Assembly (NCBI GenBank): GCA_964632485.1
Contig: CAZWDO010000016.1
Coordinates: 62,001 to 89,674 of the forward strand
Length of the DNA stretch: 27,674 nucleotides
Direction: 5' to 3'
DNA from: an uncultured bacterium
GTDB lineage: Bacteria > JAGOEH01
Under the pieces are notes generated by a model. The model did not search any database and was not told the DNA's origin. It worked only from the letters and a program-made list of their open reading frames with translations. Made by a program: the position numbers and the translations under genes. This document shows positions 10,301 to 18,890 of the stretch, in pieces (within the stretch, counting starts at the first letter, position 1; each line of letters opens with the position of its first letter).

Positions 10301-11114
10301 ACAATCGCGGATTTTGGACAAGTTCAATATTACGCTTGATGAGAAAAGCGCCCAGGGTGATTATCCAATGGCTCAAACAATTGCCCAGGACATTGTCAGT
10401 CAGAAATATGATTATGTCATAACATTATCGACTCCTGCATTACAGGTGATGGCCTCTGCCAATAAATCGATTCCGCATATATTTGGGGCTGTGACCGATC
10501 CTTACCGAATGGGAGTTGCGAAGAATCCGCGGGAGCATCAGGCAAATATTACCGGGGTCGCTACCTTTCAACCGGTGGCGTCAACATTTAAACTCATGCG
10601 GGAAATTTTTCCCCGGCTCCGGAAAGTGGGAATCGTTTGGAATCCCTCAGAGGCTTGCTCTGAAGCATGTACTGAAATTGCCCGCAGTTCCGCGGAAATG
10701 TACGGATTTCAACTGATCGAAGCGAATGTAACCGCTACCAGCGAGGTGATGGATGCCGTCCGTTCGCTGTTGACTAAAGGGGTGGATATTTTTCTGACTT
10801 CGGGTGATAATACCGTCATCTTGGCGCTGCCGACTATTGCGAAAGTTCTGCAGGATAAAAAGATTCCTTATTTCACCAATACATTTTCCGATGTGGAAAA
10901 GGGAGCGTTTGCATCCCTGGGAGCTGATTACATGCAGGTCGGACTTGAAACCGCCAAGATGGCGCTCCGTGTTATTGAAGGTGAAACTCCCGCCTCCATT
11001 CCCATCTATAACTTTGTTCCGGAAAAACTGTATCTTAATTTGGCATTAGCAAAAAAATACAACGTGGATATACCAGATTCGACCCTTAACCGCGCACAAT
11101 CTGTTTTGAGGTGA
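7326..11114 (+). CDS. ABC importer permease (BPD_transp_2 type) fused to three tandem ABC_sub_bind (putative aromatic amino acid type) substrate-binding domains
   Basis: aa 1-285 is a polytopic permease (FPDITVDGSF, GMTIRATGNN, QYQGFADIGMGIG), followed by an extra TM helix at about aa 305-326. Three ~300 aa repeats follow, each with STP..Q, N[VLI]TG, DN and G.DY...G motifs, starting near 8346, 9270 and 10224. Confidence 0.92.
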   Translation: MELWIGAFNLGFLYALMAVGVYICYRILDFPDITVDGSFTTGAAVSAVLIASGWNPFFALGIALLVSGMAGVITGLIHTKMKVNGLLAGILVMIGLYSINLHIMGKSNIPLLSLPSFLDFFQRVNPGLPSEIWLAIALACGMAIFWQLIAWFFRTDLGMTIRATGNNPTMSSANGVNVDFIKILGIGLSNSLVGLAGGLVAQYQGFADIGMGIGTVVNGLAAVIIGEAIFKRGSVAVKIFSAIAGSVVFRFMIAFALYAGMNPLDLKLMTALFVLLTLYISYRINKEKRRATFAVNWLQRFKNRVFIKYALTLVIIGLVGAGSYAWLHRSGTFRSSGKSHCRMAIIQFVSNPVLDITREALLDELDRIGYKNGENCEIFLENGNGEMGMVNSILDKYVMNKMDVVITISTPVTQAALKKITNTPLVFVTVANPFIINAGRTETDHLPNVTGTYGWAPMDRVVNFVKELFPGKKTIRVGTIWDPSSANSEFNVQNFKKAIATVGGIELTEKYVTATAEVQTAAMSLVVDHPDCFVFAPDNIVYSAFEAIYKESSKAGIPIVICDVERLGSGALLAVGYDYSGSGQMGAHLVDRVLKGADTQSIPFQRYKKLTIGINLEESKRLNIPIPENLIYQANQFYGTKPAKETKIPRIGIVQFAQEPNVEIAKAGLIHGLNGHGYRDGENVKLIYKDANADFSMINSIMQDFVRQDVDIIVPLSTPCLQAAVQMGSGRERPKIVFTYIYDPYRIGAAETPEKHLPNLTGVSCFPPVTEILDLIKEMFPERKKIGIVWNSSEANSEATVIKIREYADRLGLSVVEATVTAPAEVLDAARSLVSKGAQVFLNPGDNTLNVSYDSYVKVAGTNKIPLFSVDGELIYNGTVAVLGPDYYRTGFDGGKILARVLDGETVAQIPIQATEETVFYLNMDVAEQQGFPISPDLLKKAQKVVDSKTQQGDTTTMELKKEYPPKRLTVFRFNDHSMILEVMQGVREYFEQSRILDKFNITLDEKSAQGDYPMAQTIAQDIVSQKYDYVITLSTPALQVMASANKSIPHIFGAVTDPYRMGVAKNPREHQANITGVATFQPVASTFKLMREIFPRLRKVGIVWNPSEACSEACTEIARSSAEMYGFQLIEANVTATSEVMDAVRSLLTKGVDIFLTSGDNTVILALPTIAKVLQDKKIPYFTNTFSDVEKGAFASLGADYMQVGLETAKMALRVIEGETPASIPIYNFVPEKLYLNLALAKKYNVDIPDSTLNRAQSVLR

Positions 11115-11117
11115 TTT

Positions 11118-11930
11118 ATGATATCGATTCAAAATTTGCATAAAACATTTAATCCCGGTTCGATCAGTGAAGTTTACGCTTTGAGAGGCATTGAATTGAC
11201 GATTCAATCCGGTGATTTTTTGACGATTATCGGTACGAATGGTTCCGGGAAATCAACATTATTGAATGCCATTGCCGGATCTTTCATTGCCGACGAAGGA
11301 ACGATCCATATCGATGGGGATGATATGACCCTGATTCCCGAATATGGCCGCGCCCGCTATATCGCCCGGGTATTTCAGAACCCGTTTACAGGTACAGCCC
11401 CGGGCATGACGATTGCCGAAAATCTTCATTTAGCATTTATGCGAGGGAAAATTCGTAAACCGTTGCGTGGTTTGAATCATTCTCAATTAGAATTCTACCG
11501 TGAACAGGTTAAACAATTGGAAATGCAGTTGGAAGACCGTATGGATAATAGCATTGGTACCCTTTCCGGCGGTCAGCGCCAGGCGATAACCCTTCTTATG
11601 GCAGTACTTACGAAACCGAAAGTGTTATTGCTTGATGAACATACGGCGGCATTGGATCCAAAATCCGCCTCACAAATCATCAAACTGACAGAACGCTTTA
11701 TCGATCGCGACCAATTAACCGCCGTCATGGTGACGCATAGTATGCAGCAGGCGCTTACATTGGGCACCCGGACTATTATGATGTACAAAGGCCGAATTAT
11801 TGATGATATCCCACAAGAGGAACGACGCGACTTATGTGTTGATGATTTGCTGGATAAATTTGCTGAATTGAGAAAAACTGAAAAACTAACGGATCATTTG
11901 CTGGAAGAACTAAAAAAAGAGTATATTTAA
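11118..11930 (+). CDS. ABC transporter ATP-binding protein (COG1101-like)
   Basis: Walker A GTNGSGKST, Q-loop VFQNP, signature LSGGQ, Walker B LLLDEHTAALD, H-loop VTH. Starts 3 nt after the permease stop. Confidence 0.96.
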   Translation: MISIQNLHKTFNPGSISEVYALRGIELTIQSGDFLTIIGTNGSGKSTLLNAIAGSFIADEGTIHIDGDDMTLIPEYGRARYIARVFQNPFTGTAPGMTIAENLHLAFMRGKIRKPLRGLNHSQLEFYREQVKQLEMQLEDRMDNSIGTLSGGQRQAITLLMAVLTKPKVLLLDEHTAALDPKSASQIIKLTERFIDRDQLTAVMVTHSMQQALTLGTRTIMMYKGRIIDDIPQEERRDLCVDDLLDKFAELRKTEKLTDHLLEELKKEYI

Positions 11931-11974
11931 TACCGGTTGCTAAACCTGCTTCATTTCTATTTCGGCGATATCCG

Positions 11975-13408
11975 TCAATGCGGCTCCATGCCGGAATCCA
12001 TATTCAGATGAGAACCGAGTAGAATCATCAGTTCATCATTCAACTCATTGACTTTAGCTTTGATGCTGTTGTATTCTCCTTTGAGCTGGGAAATTGTCAG
12101 ATGAATCTGATCGATTTTTTCCTGGATCAAACGTTCATTCTGGGCATTTCTGCGACGTATGTTTTCGTGGATTTCCACTCGCGCGGCGGCAATGGCTTGG
12201 GAATACTCTGTTTTAAGGCTCGTCAATTTTTCTACTGCCGTTTCGTAATCGGTTTGTATGGAATCAAGCAGACAGGTGGTCGAATATTCAAATTTAAGGG
12301 TGGAGATCAGTTTTTTTACGGGCAAGATGGCATCGACCCGCCAGGCATTCGAACCGCAGAACGCGAACCCATTGGATATTTCTCCTTTTTGGGCGCTGAT
12401 CAGAGCTTCGGAGATGCAGTAACGGGCGTTTTTCGCGCCGCAACTTTCCAGACAATGAGATGGGCAGCGAAAAAATTTTTTCACTCCCCGGGCAATATCA
12501 TCCAGAAAATCACTTTTTATGGCGCGTCCCGGAAGTCCTACCGGGCTGCTGATGATCGTAATATCTTCTGGACGGCAATTAATATAGGTTTCTTTAAAAT
12601 GAATGTCGGCATCACATTCGATTGTGGCGACAAAACGGGTGCCCATCTGGACACCTTTTGCTCCCAGTTTCATGATGCGGAAGATATCTTCTCCCGTATA
12701 GATTCCTCCAGCCGCAATCACCGGCAAGTCCCGCTGATGACGGATTTCGAATTCCTTCAAGGCCTCCACTACTTCAGGAACGATTTGCTCGAGCTGGAAA
12801 TCCGGGTTGTCAATCTGCTCCGTTTTAAATCCCAGATGTCCACCAGCTTTAGGCCCTTCCACCACTACGCCATCGGGTATATCATGATAGTGTTTTTCCC
12901 AGGATTTGAAAATCAGTTTGGCGGCGCGTCCGGAACTGACTATCGGAATAACCTGGATTTCCGCATCGCGAATTGCCTGTACCGGAATGTTTTTAATCGG
13001 CAAACCCGCGCCAAGAAACAGAAAATCCACTTTTTCTTCTATCGACGCTTGCAGCAACTCATTAAAGCAATCCACCGCCACCATGATGTTGACGCCAATA
13101 TAACCCTGGCTTTGATTGCGGGCTTTTCGAATTTCATTACGCAACGTGCGGACATTGGCTTTGATAGGGTCTTGATAGTAATCGGCATCAATCATTCCAA
13201 TCGCATTCGCGGCAATAACTCCGATGCCGCCTTCCCGCGCTACCGCTGAAGCCAGTCCGGAAAGAGATATACAAACGCCCATTCCACCCTGGACAATCGG
13301 TACATTGACGTGTTTGGTTCCAATTCTAAGTTCAGGCAACGTATATTTTGAACCACATTGATCTCTGAATTTCGTCAATTTTTCTTCGATTTCATCTAAA
13401 ATTTTCAT
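11975..13408 (-). CDS. Nitronate monooxygenase / FabK-FabX family FMN enzyme with a 4-Cys cluster and a C-terminal coiled-coil extension
   Basis: PIVQGGMG, VEGPKAGGHLG, PVIAAGGI, GVQMGTRF, SPVGLPGRA, CPSHCLESC...YC and FAFCGSNA. About 100 extra helical residues at the C-terminus. Confidence 0.9.
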   Translation of the reverse strand: MKILDEIEEKLTKFRDQCGSKYTLPELRIGTKHVNVPIVQGGMGVCISLSGLASAVAREGGIGVIAANAIGMIDADYYQDPIKANVRTLRNEIRKARNQSQGYIGVNIMVAVDCFNELLQASIEEKVDFLFLGAGLPIKNIPVQAIRDAEIQVIPIVSSGRAAKLIFKSWEKHYHDIPDGVVVEGPKAGGHLGFKTEQIDNPDFQLEQIVPEVVEALKEFEIRHQRDLPVIAAGGIYTGEDIFRIMKLGAKGVQMGTRFVATIECDADIHFKETYINCRPEDITIISSPVGLPGRAIKSDFLDDIARGVKKFFRCPSHCLESCGAKNARYCISEALISAQKGEISNGFAFCGSNAWRVDAILPVKKLISTLKFEYSTTCLLDSIQTDYETAVEKLTSLKTEYSQAIAAARVEIHENIRRRNAQNERLIQEKIDQIHLTISQLKGEYNSIKAKVNELNDELMILLGSHLNMDSGMEPH

Positions 13409-13696
13409 AGTTTCCTCTCTCTATTGGGCGATTATAGATCAATTTAAATTCAGGCTGATTAAAACTCTAAATTGAATTAAACTCAAATTTTATTATTTGG
13501 TTCCTTTTTTTTCTACAATGCTCAAAAAAAAGGGCATCATGCCTGCTATTTTTCCGGTATCGTACTTCTTTCCAATTCTTGAGTGTATTGAAATAATAGA
13601 TAAAAATTCCCTCGAGAGAGTTTTCTATCTACTACCTGATAATCGGATTTTTAGCGGATTAGACGGATTATATTTTTTAGAACAAAAAATAAATTG

Positions 13697-13725
13697 TTGA
13701 CTTTCGGGGAGAGACGATTTATAAT
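13697..13725 (+). promoter_or_regulatory. Putative sigma70 promoter upstream of the hybrid kinase
   Basis: TTGACT (13697-13702), 17 nt spacer, TATAAT (13720-13725). Confidence 0.65.
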
Positions 13726-13907
13726 AAAAATAGTATTGTTATACGTTTACTGATCATTATCCCGGCTTTGGAGATGAAAATCCTGGAATGTGCTCGTCAA
13801 TTTGATATGACCCGGGAGCAAGTTTATCGGATGATCAAATAGAGTTAATATATTGATCAATGGTCATTTTTAATACGGTGTTTTAAGAAAAGAAAGAACG
13901 GAATGGA

Positions 13908-15902
13908 ATGAACAAGAATTTGAAACAGCTTTCTGATACCTATCGTACGTTGTTAAATTCATTGCCGGATGCTGTGTATGTAATCCAGGATGGTAAATAT
14001 ATTTTTTCGAATCAAATGGGATTAACAATGCTGGGTTACAATAATTCCGAAGAATTTATCGGATCCGATTCTCTGTCAGTTATTGCGCCGGAGTATATTA
14101 AATTAATTGTCAAACGGATTCGCAATATTTCCCAGCATAAGACCAACCAGCCCATAGAACTGGAAGTTATTAAAAAAGATGGAACCCGGATTTGGACTGA
14201 ATCGGTATCGATTCCAATTATGTATGAAGGGAGTCCGGCCGCTCTGGTTATCAGTCATGATCATACGCAAAAGAGGGAAGTGGAGCGGGAGTTGAAGTTT
14301 CAGTCTCAGCTTTTAAATAATATTAATGATTTAATTACTGCTACGGATATGCTGGGTATTATCACTTATGTCAATGATGCCGAATGTAAATTATTTCATA
14401 AAAACCGGGATGAATTAATTGGATTCCCTGTGTCGAAATATGGACACGATCCTAAATATGGCGCATCCCAAAATGAGATTGTTGAAAAAACGATAAAAAA
14501 TGGGCAATGGCGGGGTGAAATTGTCAACTACACTCCCGAAGGGCAAAGAATTTATCTGGATTGTCGAACCCAGTTGATCTGTGATCAGAATGGCGAGGCG
14601 ATCGGCTTAATGGGGATCAGTACTGATATCACTGAACGAAAGAAAAATCTGGATGAAATTCGCAGAATTAATGAGGAACTGGCCGCTCGTAATTTGGAAT
14701 TAGAACAAAGTATAGAGCAAATCCGGGAAATGAATCTGGAATTAACTCTGGCAAAAGAAAAAGCAGAGGAAAGCGACCGGTTGAAATCCGCTTTTCTGGC
14801 CAATATGAGCCATGAAATTCGCACTCCCATGAATGGGATCATCGGATTCTCTGAAATGTTGTGCCAAGAAGAACTCAGCGCGGAAAAACGGGCAAATTAT
14901 ACCAAAATTATCATGGATAGCAGCCACCAATTGCTTTCGATTGTGAGTGACATTTTGGATATCGCGCGGCTTGAAGCTGGAAAAGTCGATTTGGTTGAAG
15001 AGAAAGTTGTCCTTAATGATATGATTATGGATATTTTTGTTCTTTTTAAACCGAAAGCTGATGAAATGGCATTGGAATATTTTCCACATAAATTCTTATC
15101 CGATAGGGCGAGTACGATTATCTGCGATTCGTTAAAGCTGCGACAAATTCTTACTAACCTTTTATCCAATGCGTTTAAGTTCACACGTCAGGGCCGGGTG
15201 GTTTTCGGGTACGATTTGGTTGGACAGGTTTTGCGTTTTTTTGTAAAAGATACAGGGATTGGCATTCCTCCCGAAATGCGGGAAAAAATTTTTGAAAGTT
15301 TCCGACAAGTTGAATCCCACTTCAGCCGTAATTATCGAGGAACCGGCTTGGGGCTTTCCATCGCGCATAAAATTATTAAGCTATTCGGCGGCAGGATATG
15401 GCTTGAATCTATACAGGGAAATGGTTCATGTTTTTATTTTGAAATTCCCTATCAACCCGTTTATGAGAACGATTTGGAAGATATTGATAAAACCTCAGCG
15501 CATCTAACTTATATAACTCATCATTCAAGTAACCCGGATGCAACTGTTTTAATTGTTGAAGATGAGGAGATTAACCTTTATTATATGGATGAAGTTTTAG
15601 GAAAACATAGAGTTCAGATTCTTCATGCCCGTAATGGGAAGGAAGCCGTGGAGTTGTGCAGAGAGAATGGACAAATCGACCTGGTTTTAATGGATATTAA
15701 AATGCCGGTAATGGATGGTTATCAAGCGCTAAAAATGATACAATCTTTTCGACCCGAATTACCAATTGTTGCGCAGACTGCCCATGCATTAAAAGATGAT
15801 CGCTTGAATATCTTGAGTAAGGGATTCTCTGATTATTTATCAAAGCCGATTACCCGGGAACAACTGGTTGCAATGGTAAAAAAATGGTGCCCTTCAGTAT
15901 AG
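13908..15902 (+). CDS. Cytoplasmic PAS-PAS hybrid sensor histidine kinase / response regulator
   Basis: Two PAS/PAC domains, a coiled coil, H-box FLANMSHEIRTPMNGI, N-box NLLSNAFKFT, G-boxes DTGIGI and GTGLGLSI, and receiver IVEDE...LMDIKMP...YLSKP. No TM helix. Confidence 0.95.
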   Translation: MNKNLKQLSDTYRTLLNSLPDAVYVIQDGKYIFSNQMGLTMLGYNNSEEFIGSDSLSVIAPEYIKLIVKRIRNISQHKTNQPIELEVIKKDGTRIWTESVSIPIMYEGSPAALVISHDHTQKREVERELKFQSQLLNNINDLITATDMLGIITYVNDAECKLFHKNRDELIGFPVSKYGHDPKYGASQNEIVEKTIKNGQWRGEIVNYTPEGQRIYLDCRTQLICDQNGEAIGLMGISTDITERKKNLDEIRRINEELAARNLELEQSIEQIREMNLELTLAKEKAEESDRLKSAFLANMSHEIRTPMNGIIGFSEMLCQEELSAEKRANYTKIIMDSSHQLLSIVSDILDIARLEAGKVDLVEEKVVLNDMIMDIFVLFKPKADEMALEYFPHKFLSDRASTIICDSLKLRQILTNLLSNAFKFTRQGRVVFGYDLVGQVLRFFVKDTGIGIPPEMREKIFESFRQVESHFSRNYRGTGLGLSIAHKIIKLFGGRIWLESIQGNGSCFYFEIPYQPVYENDLEDIDKTSAHLTYITHHSSNPDATVLIVEDEEINLYYMDEVLGKHRVQILHARNGKEAVELCRENGQIDLVLMDIKMPVMDGYQALKMIQSFRPELPIVAQTAHALKDDRLNILSKGFSDYLSKPITREQLVAMVKKWCPSV

Positions 15903-15987
15903 ATGTTTCCCTGGCCCTGTATCCTCATTGCGCTTGAAAATTGAGATATTTATAAATCTGTTGTTTACAAAAAAAGGGGAGAGGAAT

Positions 15988-17133
15988 ATGGTTTTCCGCT
16001 TAATATTGGTTTGCTTATGCCTGATTTTTAGTTTTGCCATTGTTATTGCCAATGAGTCGCGGGACCTGACAGTGCGGGTGATTGCGCCATCGATGACCTC
16101 TCCGCACGATACAGTGTATATCGCCGGTAATCTTCCCGAACTGGGCAACTGGAATCCTGGTCAGGTTAGCATGATCAAAATGGAGGATGATGTTTGGGAA
16201 TTTACGATACAGGTATCTCCTGGAACGGTTGTGGAATTTAAAATTACATGTGGAAGCTGGTTGAAGCAAGCCTTTTACCAGCGCGCAGTAGCGCCTTCCA
16301 ATACGATTGTGACGGTCGAACGCGATACGATACTTGAACTCAAGCCGATTGGCTGGGGTCAGGACGTTGCGCCAAACGCCGGGGGGATCACGGGTAGCGT
16401 AGCGTATCACCGCGGTTTGAGGGGGGATGGATTGAATTATCCCCGGGATTTGATTGTCTGGCTGCCACCCTCGTATTCCATTGATACGACTAAGCATTAT
16501 CCTGTCCTCTATCTGCATGACGGCAACAACATGATGGATCCGGCGACATCGTTCTTAGGGGTTGATTGGCGGGTGGATGAAGTCGCGGATTCTCTGATTC
16601 GTTCGGGAAAGATGGAAGAAATTATCATGGTGGGGATATACAACACACCTGACCGCCGCCAGGAATACCGCGATTCTCTATTGGGCCGCGCGTATGCCCG
16701 TTTTGTCGTGGAGCGGGTAAAACCGATGATCGATTCCACTTATCGTACATTATCGGACCCCGGTCATACTGCCGTAATGGGCTCATCCATGGGGGGATTG
16801 ATCTCCTTTTTGTTCGTCTGGTGGTATCCGCAATATTTTTCGAAAGCCGCTTGCCTTTCCAGCGCCTTTCATCCGAATTATACCGATGGAGTCGATCTGG
16901 TAAAGAAAAATGATGCTCCCAGGCGGGATATCCGCTTCTATCTGGATTGCGGGGGAGTGGGATTGGATGCGGAACTGAAACCTGGAATGGACGAGATGGA
17001 ACGTTTGTTACGAGCCAAAGGATATGGGCATGACAATAGTTTGGAAATATTTTATGATCCTGAGGCTGAACATAACGAGCAAGCCTGGTCGAAACGAGTT
17101 TGGCGTCCGCTGCTTTTCTTGTTTTCCAGCTAA
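15988..17133 (+). CDS. Secreted CBM20 (starch-binding) plus alpha/beta-hydrolase esterase
   Basis: The ATG at 15988 follows GGGGAGAGGA and is preferred to the track start at 15928. Signal peptide; CBM20-like VYIAGNLPELGNWNP and VEFKIT; esterase motifs YPVLYLHDG, nucleophile GSSMGG and HNEQAW. Confidence 0.88.
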   Translation: MVFRLILVCLCLIFSFAIVIANESRDLTVRVIAPSMTSPHDTVYIAGNLPELGNWNPGQVSMIKMEDDVWEFTIQVSPGTVVEFKITCGSWLKQAFYQRAVAPSNTIVTVERDTILELKPIGWGQDVAPNAGGITGSVAYHRGLRGDGLNYPRDLIVWLPPSYSIDTTKHYPVLYLHDGNNMMDPATSFLGVDWRVDEVADSLIRSGKMEEIIMVGIYNTPDRRQEYRDSLLGRAYARFVVERVKPMIDSTYRTLSDPGHTAVMGSSMGGLISFLFVWWYPQYFSKAACLSSAFHPNYTDGVDLVKKNDAPRRDIRFYLDCGGVGLDAELKPGMDEMERLLRAKGYGHDNSLEIFYDPEAEHNEQAWSKRVWRPLLFLFSS

Positions 17134-17195
17134 CTGCCGATCCTCAGGTAACATTCAGGGCCAGCCCCCATGATACTTGCTGATTGAAAATGTTT

Positions 17196-18848
17196 CTATT
17201 TCGGTTTTAATTGAAGTTGTGTTTCGATCATTCGGATAATTTGCTGAATCTGGATTTGCTTTTCACCGGTAATTTGTTTAGCATATAGCCGGTAGAAGCG
17301 GAGGCTTTGATTGAAATCTCTGCGGTGAAAAAAGATGACTGCCATCAGATAATTTGCATCGGGATAATCGGGATTCAGTCGTGTTAAACGTTGCGTGACA
17401 GATTCCGCCTGATCGATAGCGCCTTCTTTCAGATAGATACGGGCTAGCTCTACAAACGCCGGAGCCGTGGGTTGATACGGATTTTCCACTGCGTTGAGGA
17501 GTTCTGCTTTAGCGGCAATTGTGTCGCCTTTTTCCAATAATAACATTCCATAGCGATAATCAAACCATGAATTGTTTTTAAAATAATCAATGGTCCTGAA
17601 ATCGCCAAAATAGTAAATGAGAGGAATCGATAAAAAAACTCCGGCCATTGAAATCCATATTTTTCTCTCATTTACCGAGCGATAGATCATGAACAATAGA
17701 TAGACCGTAAAAAACATGAATATAGGAATGATACCAAAACGGTACCGGGAGATAACGAGAAACAGAATAAATGAAACGGAGAAAAAAACGGCAATATAAT
17801 ACAAGAATAGAAATTTTCGCCATTCCTTAAGACTCCAGATCATACCGATCAATCCGAAGGCGAAAAGAAAACCAAAATTCGAAAAGGTGAATTTTAGAAA
17901 CGGCGATTGACGTTGGATTTGATAAATATCGATATTGTCCGGCAGATGATAACCGGAAAAGAAAACTTTGGCTTTGGTTAACTGCCAGTGATAAAAATCG
18001 GGAGAAGTGATTGGGATCAAAGGTTTGACCGGTGTACAGGTTGATCCGTTGGAATCATAGGAATTAGAAACTTTCCAGGCTAGTTGACCGTTTTGGGGGG
18101 ACATACCAATTTGGCCGCTGATGAGATAATATCGGATCAACAAGGGGAGGAGGATTAGCATAATACCGGCGCTATAAACTAAAGCCGTTTTGAGCCATTG
18201 CTTTCCGGGCAGGGAAACCAGAAATAAAGCGGTAAAAAAAGGCAGAAGAATTATGAAATTTTCCCGCAAAGCGATGCTTAATCCCATAATAAGCCCCATA
18301 ATAAATATTTGCGGGTAACTTTTAGAGGAATATTGAAAGTGAATGACACTCAGGATGGAGAGCAGAATAAAAAAAACAACCAGAATTTCCCGCAGCATGA
18401 AAAGTTCAAAGATCCAGAAATCGGTGAATAGAAAGAACAGCGCCAATGCCCAGTTGCCGGCGCGTTTGGAGATCAGACGCTTGACGATATGGGAGAACAG
18501 AAACGCATTGAGAGTGCCGATCACAATTTGGAATAAAATGACGGCAGAACAATTCAGGCCAAATAGTTGGTATAGAGTGGCAATTATCATACTGTAAAGC
18601 GGCGCATAAAGACCTACGGATTCGGAACTCAGCCAGCCTTTTTCCAAAATGGAGCGCGCCAGGTTGTGGAACGTAATCATGTCGCAGTCACGGAACAGAT
18701 TGAAATCTAACAGGTGAGTGTGGGAAGATAGATAGAAAAAATTGGCAGTTTTAATACCCAAAATCAGTACAAAAGCAATTATTTCCCATTTGTGGAAAGC
18801 GATTGCTCGTAAGGATCGGTCAATCCAATCAGTGAGTGTGGATTTCAT
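17196..18848 (-). CDS. GT-C fold (PMT/ArnT, family 39-like) membrane glycosyltransferase with C-terminal TPRs
   Basis: Many TM helices, an early loop Asp (RDCD) and APLYS, E.L and REN motifs, and SRYR. The C-terminus is TPR-like (AFVELARIYLKEG, NPDYPDANYLMAVIFF). Confidence 0.8.
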   Translation of the reverse strand: MKSTLTDWIDRSLRAIAFHKWEIIAFVLILGIKTANFFYLSSHTHLLDFNLFRDCDMITFHNLARSILEKGWLSSESVGLYAPLYSMIIATLYQLFGLNCSAVILFQIVIGTLNAFLFSHIVKRLISKRAGNWALALFFLFTDFWIFELFMLREILVVFFILLSILSVIHFQYSSKSYPQIFIMGLIMGLSIALRENFIILLPFFTALFLVSLPGKQWLKTALVYSAGIMLILLPLLIRYYLISGQIGMSPQNGQLAWKVSNSYDSNGSTCTPVKPLIPITSPDFYHWQLTKAKVFFSGYHLPDNIDIYQIQRQSPFLKFTFSNFGFLFAFGLIGMIWSLKEWRKFLFLYYIAVFFSVSFILFLVISRYRFGIIPIFMFFTVYLLFMIYRSVNERKIWISMAGVFLSIPLIYYFGDFRTIDYFKNNSWFDYRYGMLLLEKGDTIAAKAELLNAVENPYQPTAPAFVELARIYLKEGAIDQAESVTQRLTRLNPDYPDANYLMAVIFFHRRDFNQSLRFYRLYAKQITGEKQIQIQQIIRMIETQLQLKPK

Positions 18849-18890
18849 TTTTCGGCTTCTTGTCTTATCTAATAGCTGGAAATAGGGATG

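Noticed and set aside
12101-13249. 382-aa plus-strand ORF
   Set aside because: It lies antisense to the well-supported FabX/NMO-family gene and has no recognisable motifs, so it is a shadow ORF.
13503-13533. CCTTTTTTTT...AAAAAAAAGG inverted repeat upstream of the FabX-like gene
   Set aside because: It is low-complexity A/T pairing in an AT-rich spacer, and I cannot support a function.
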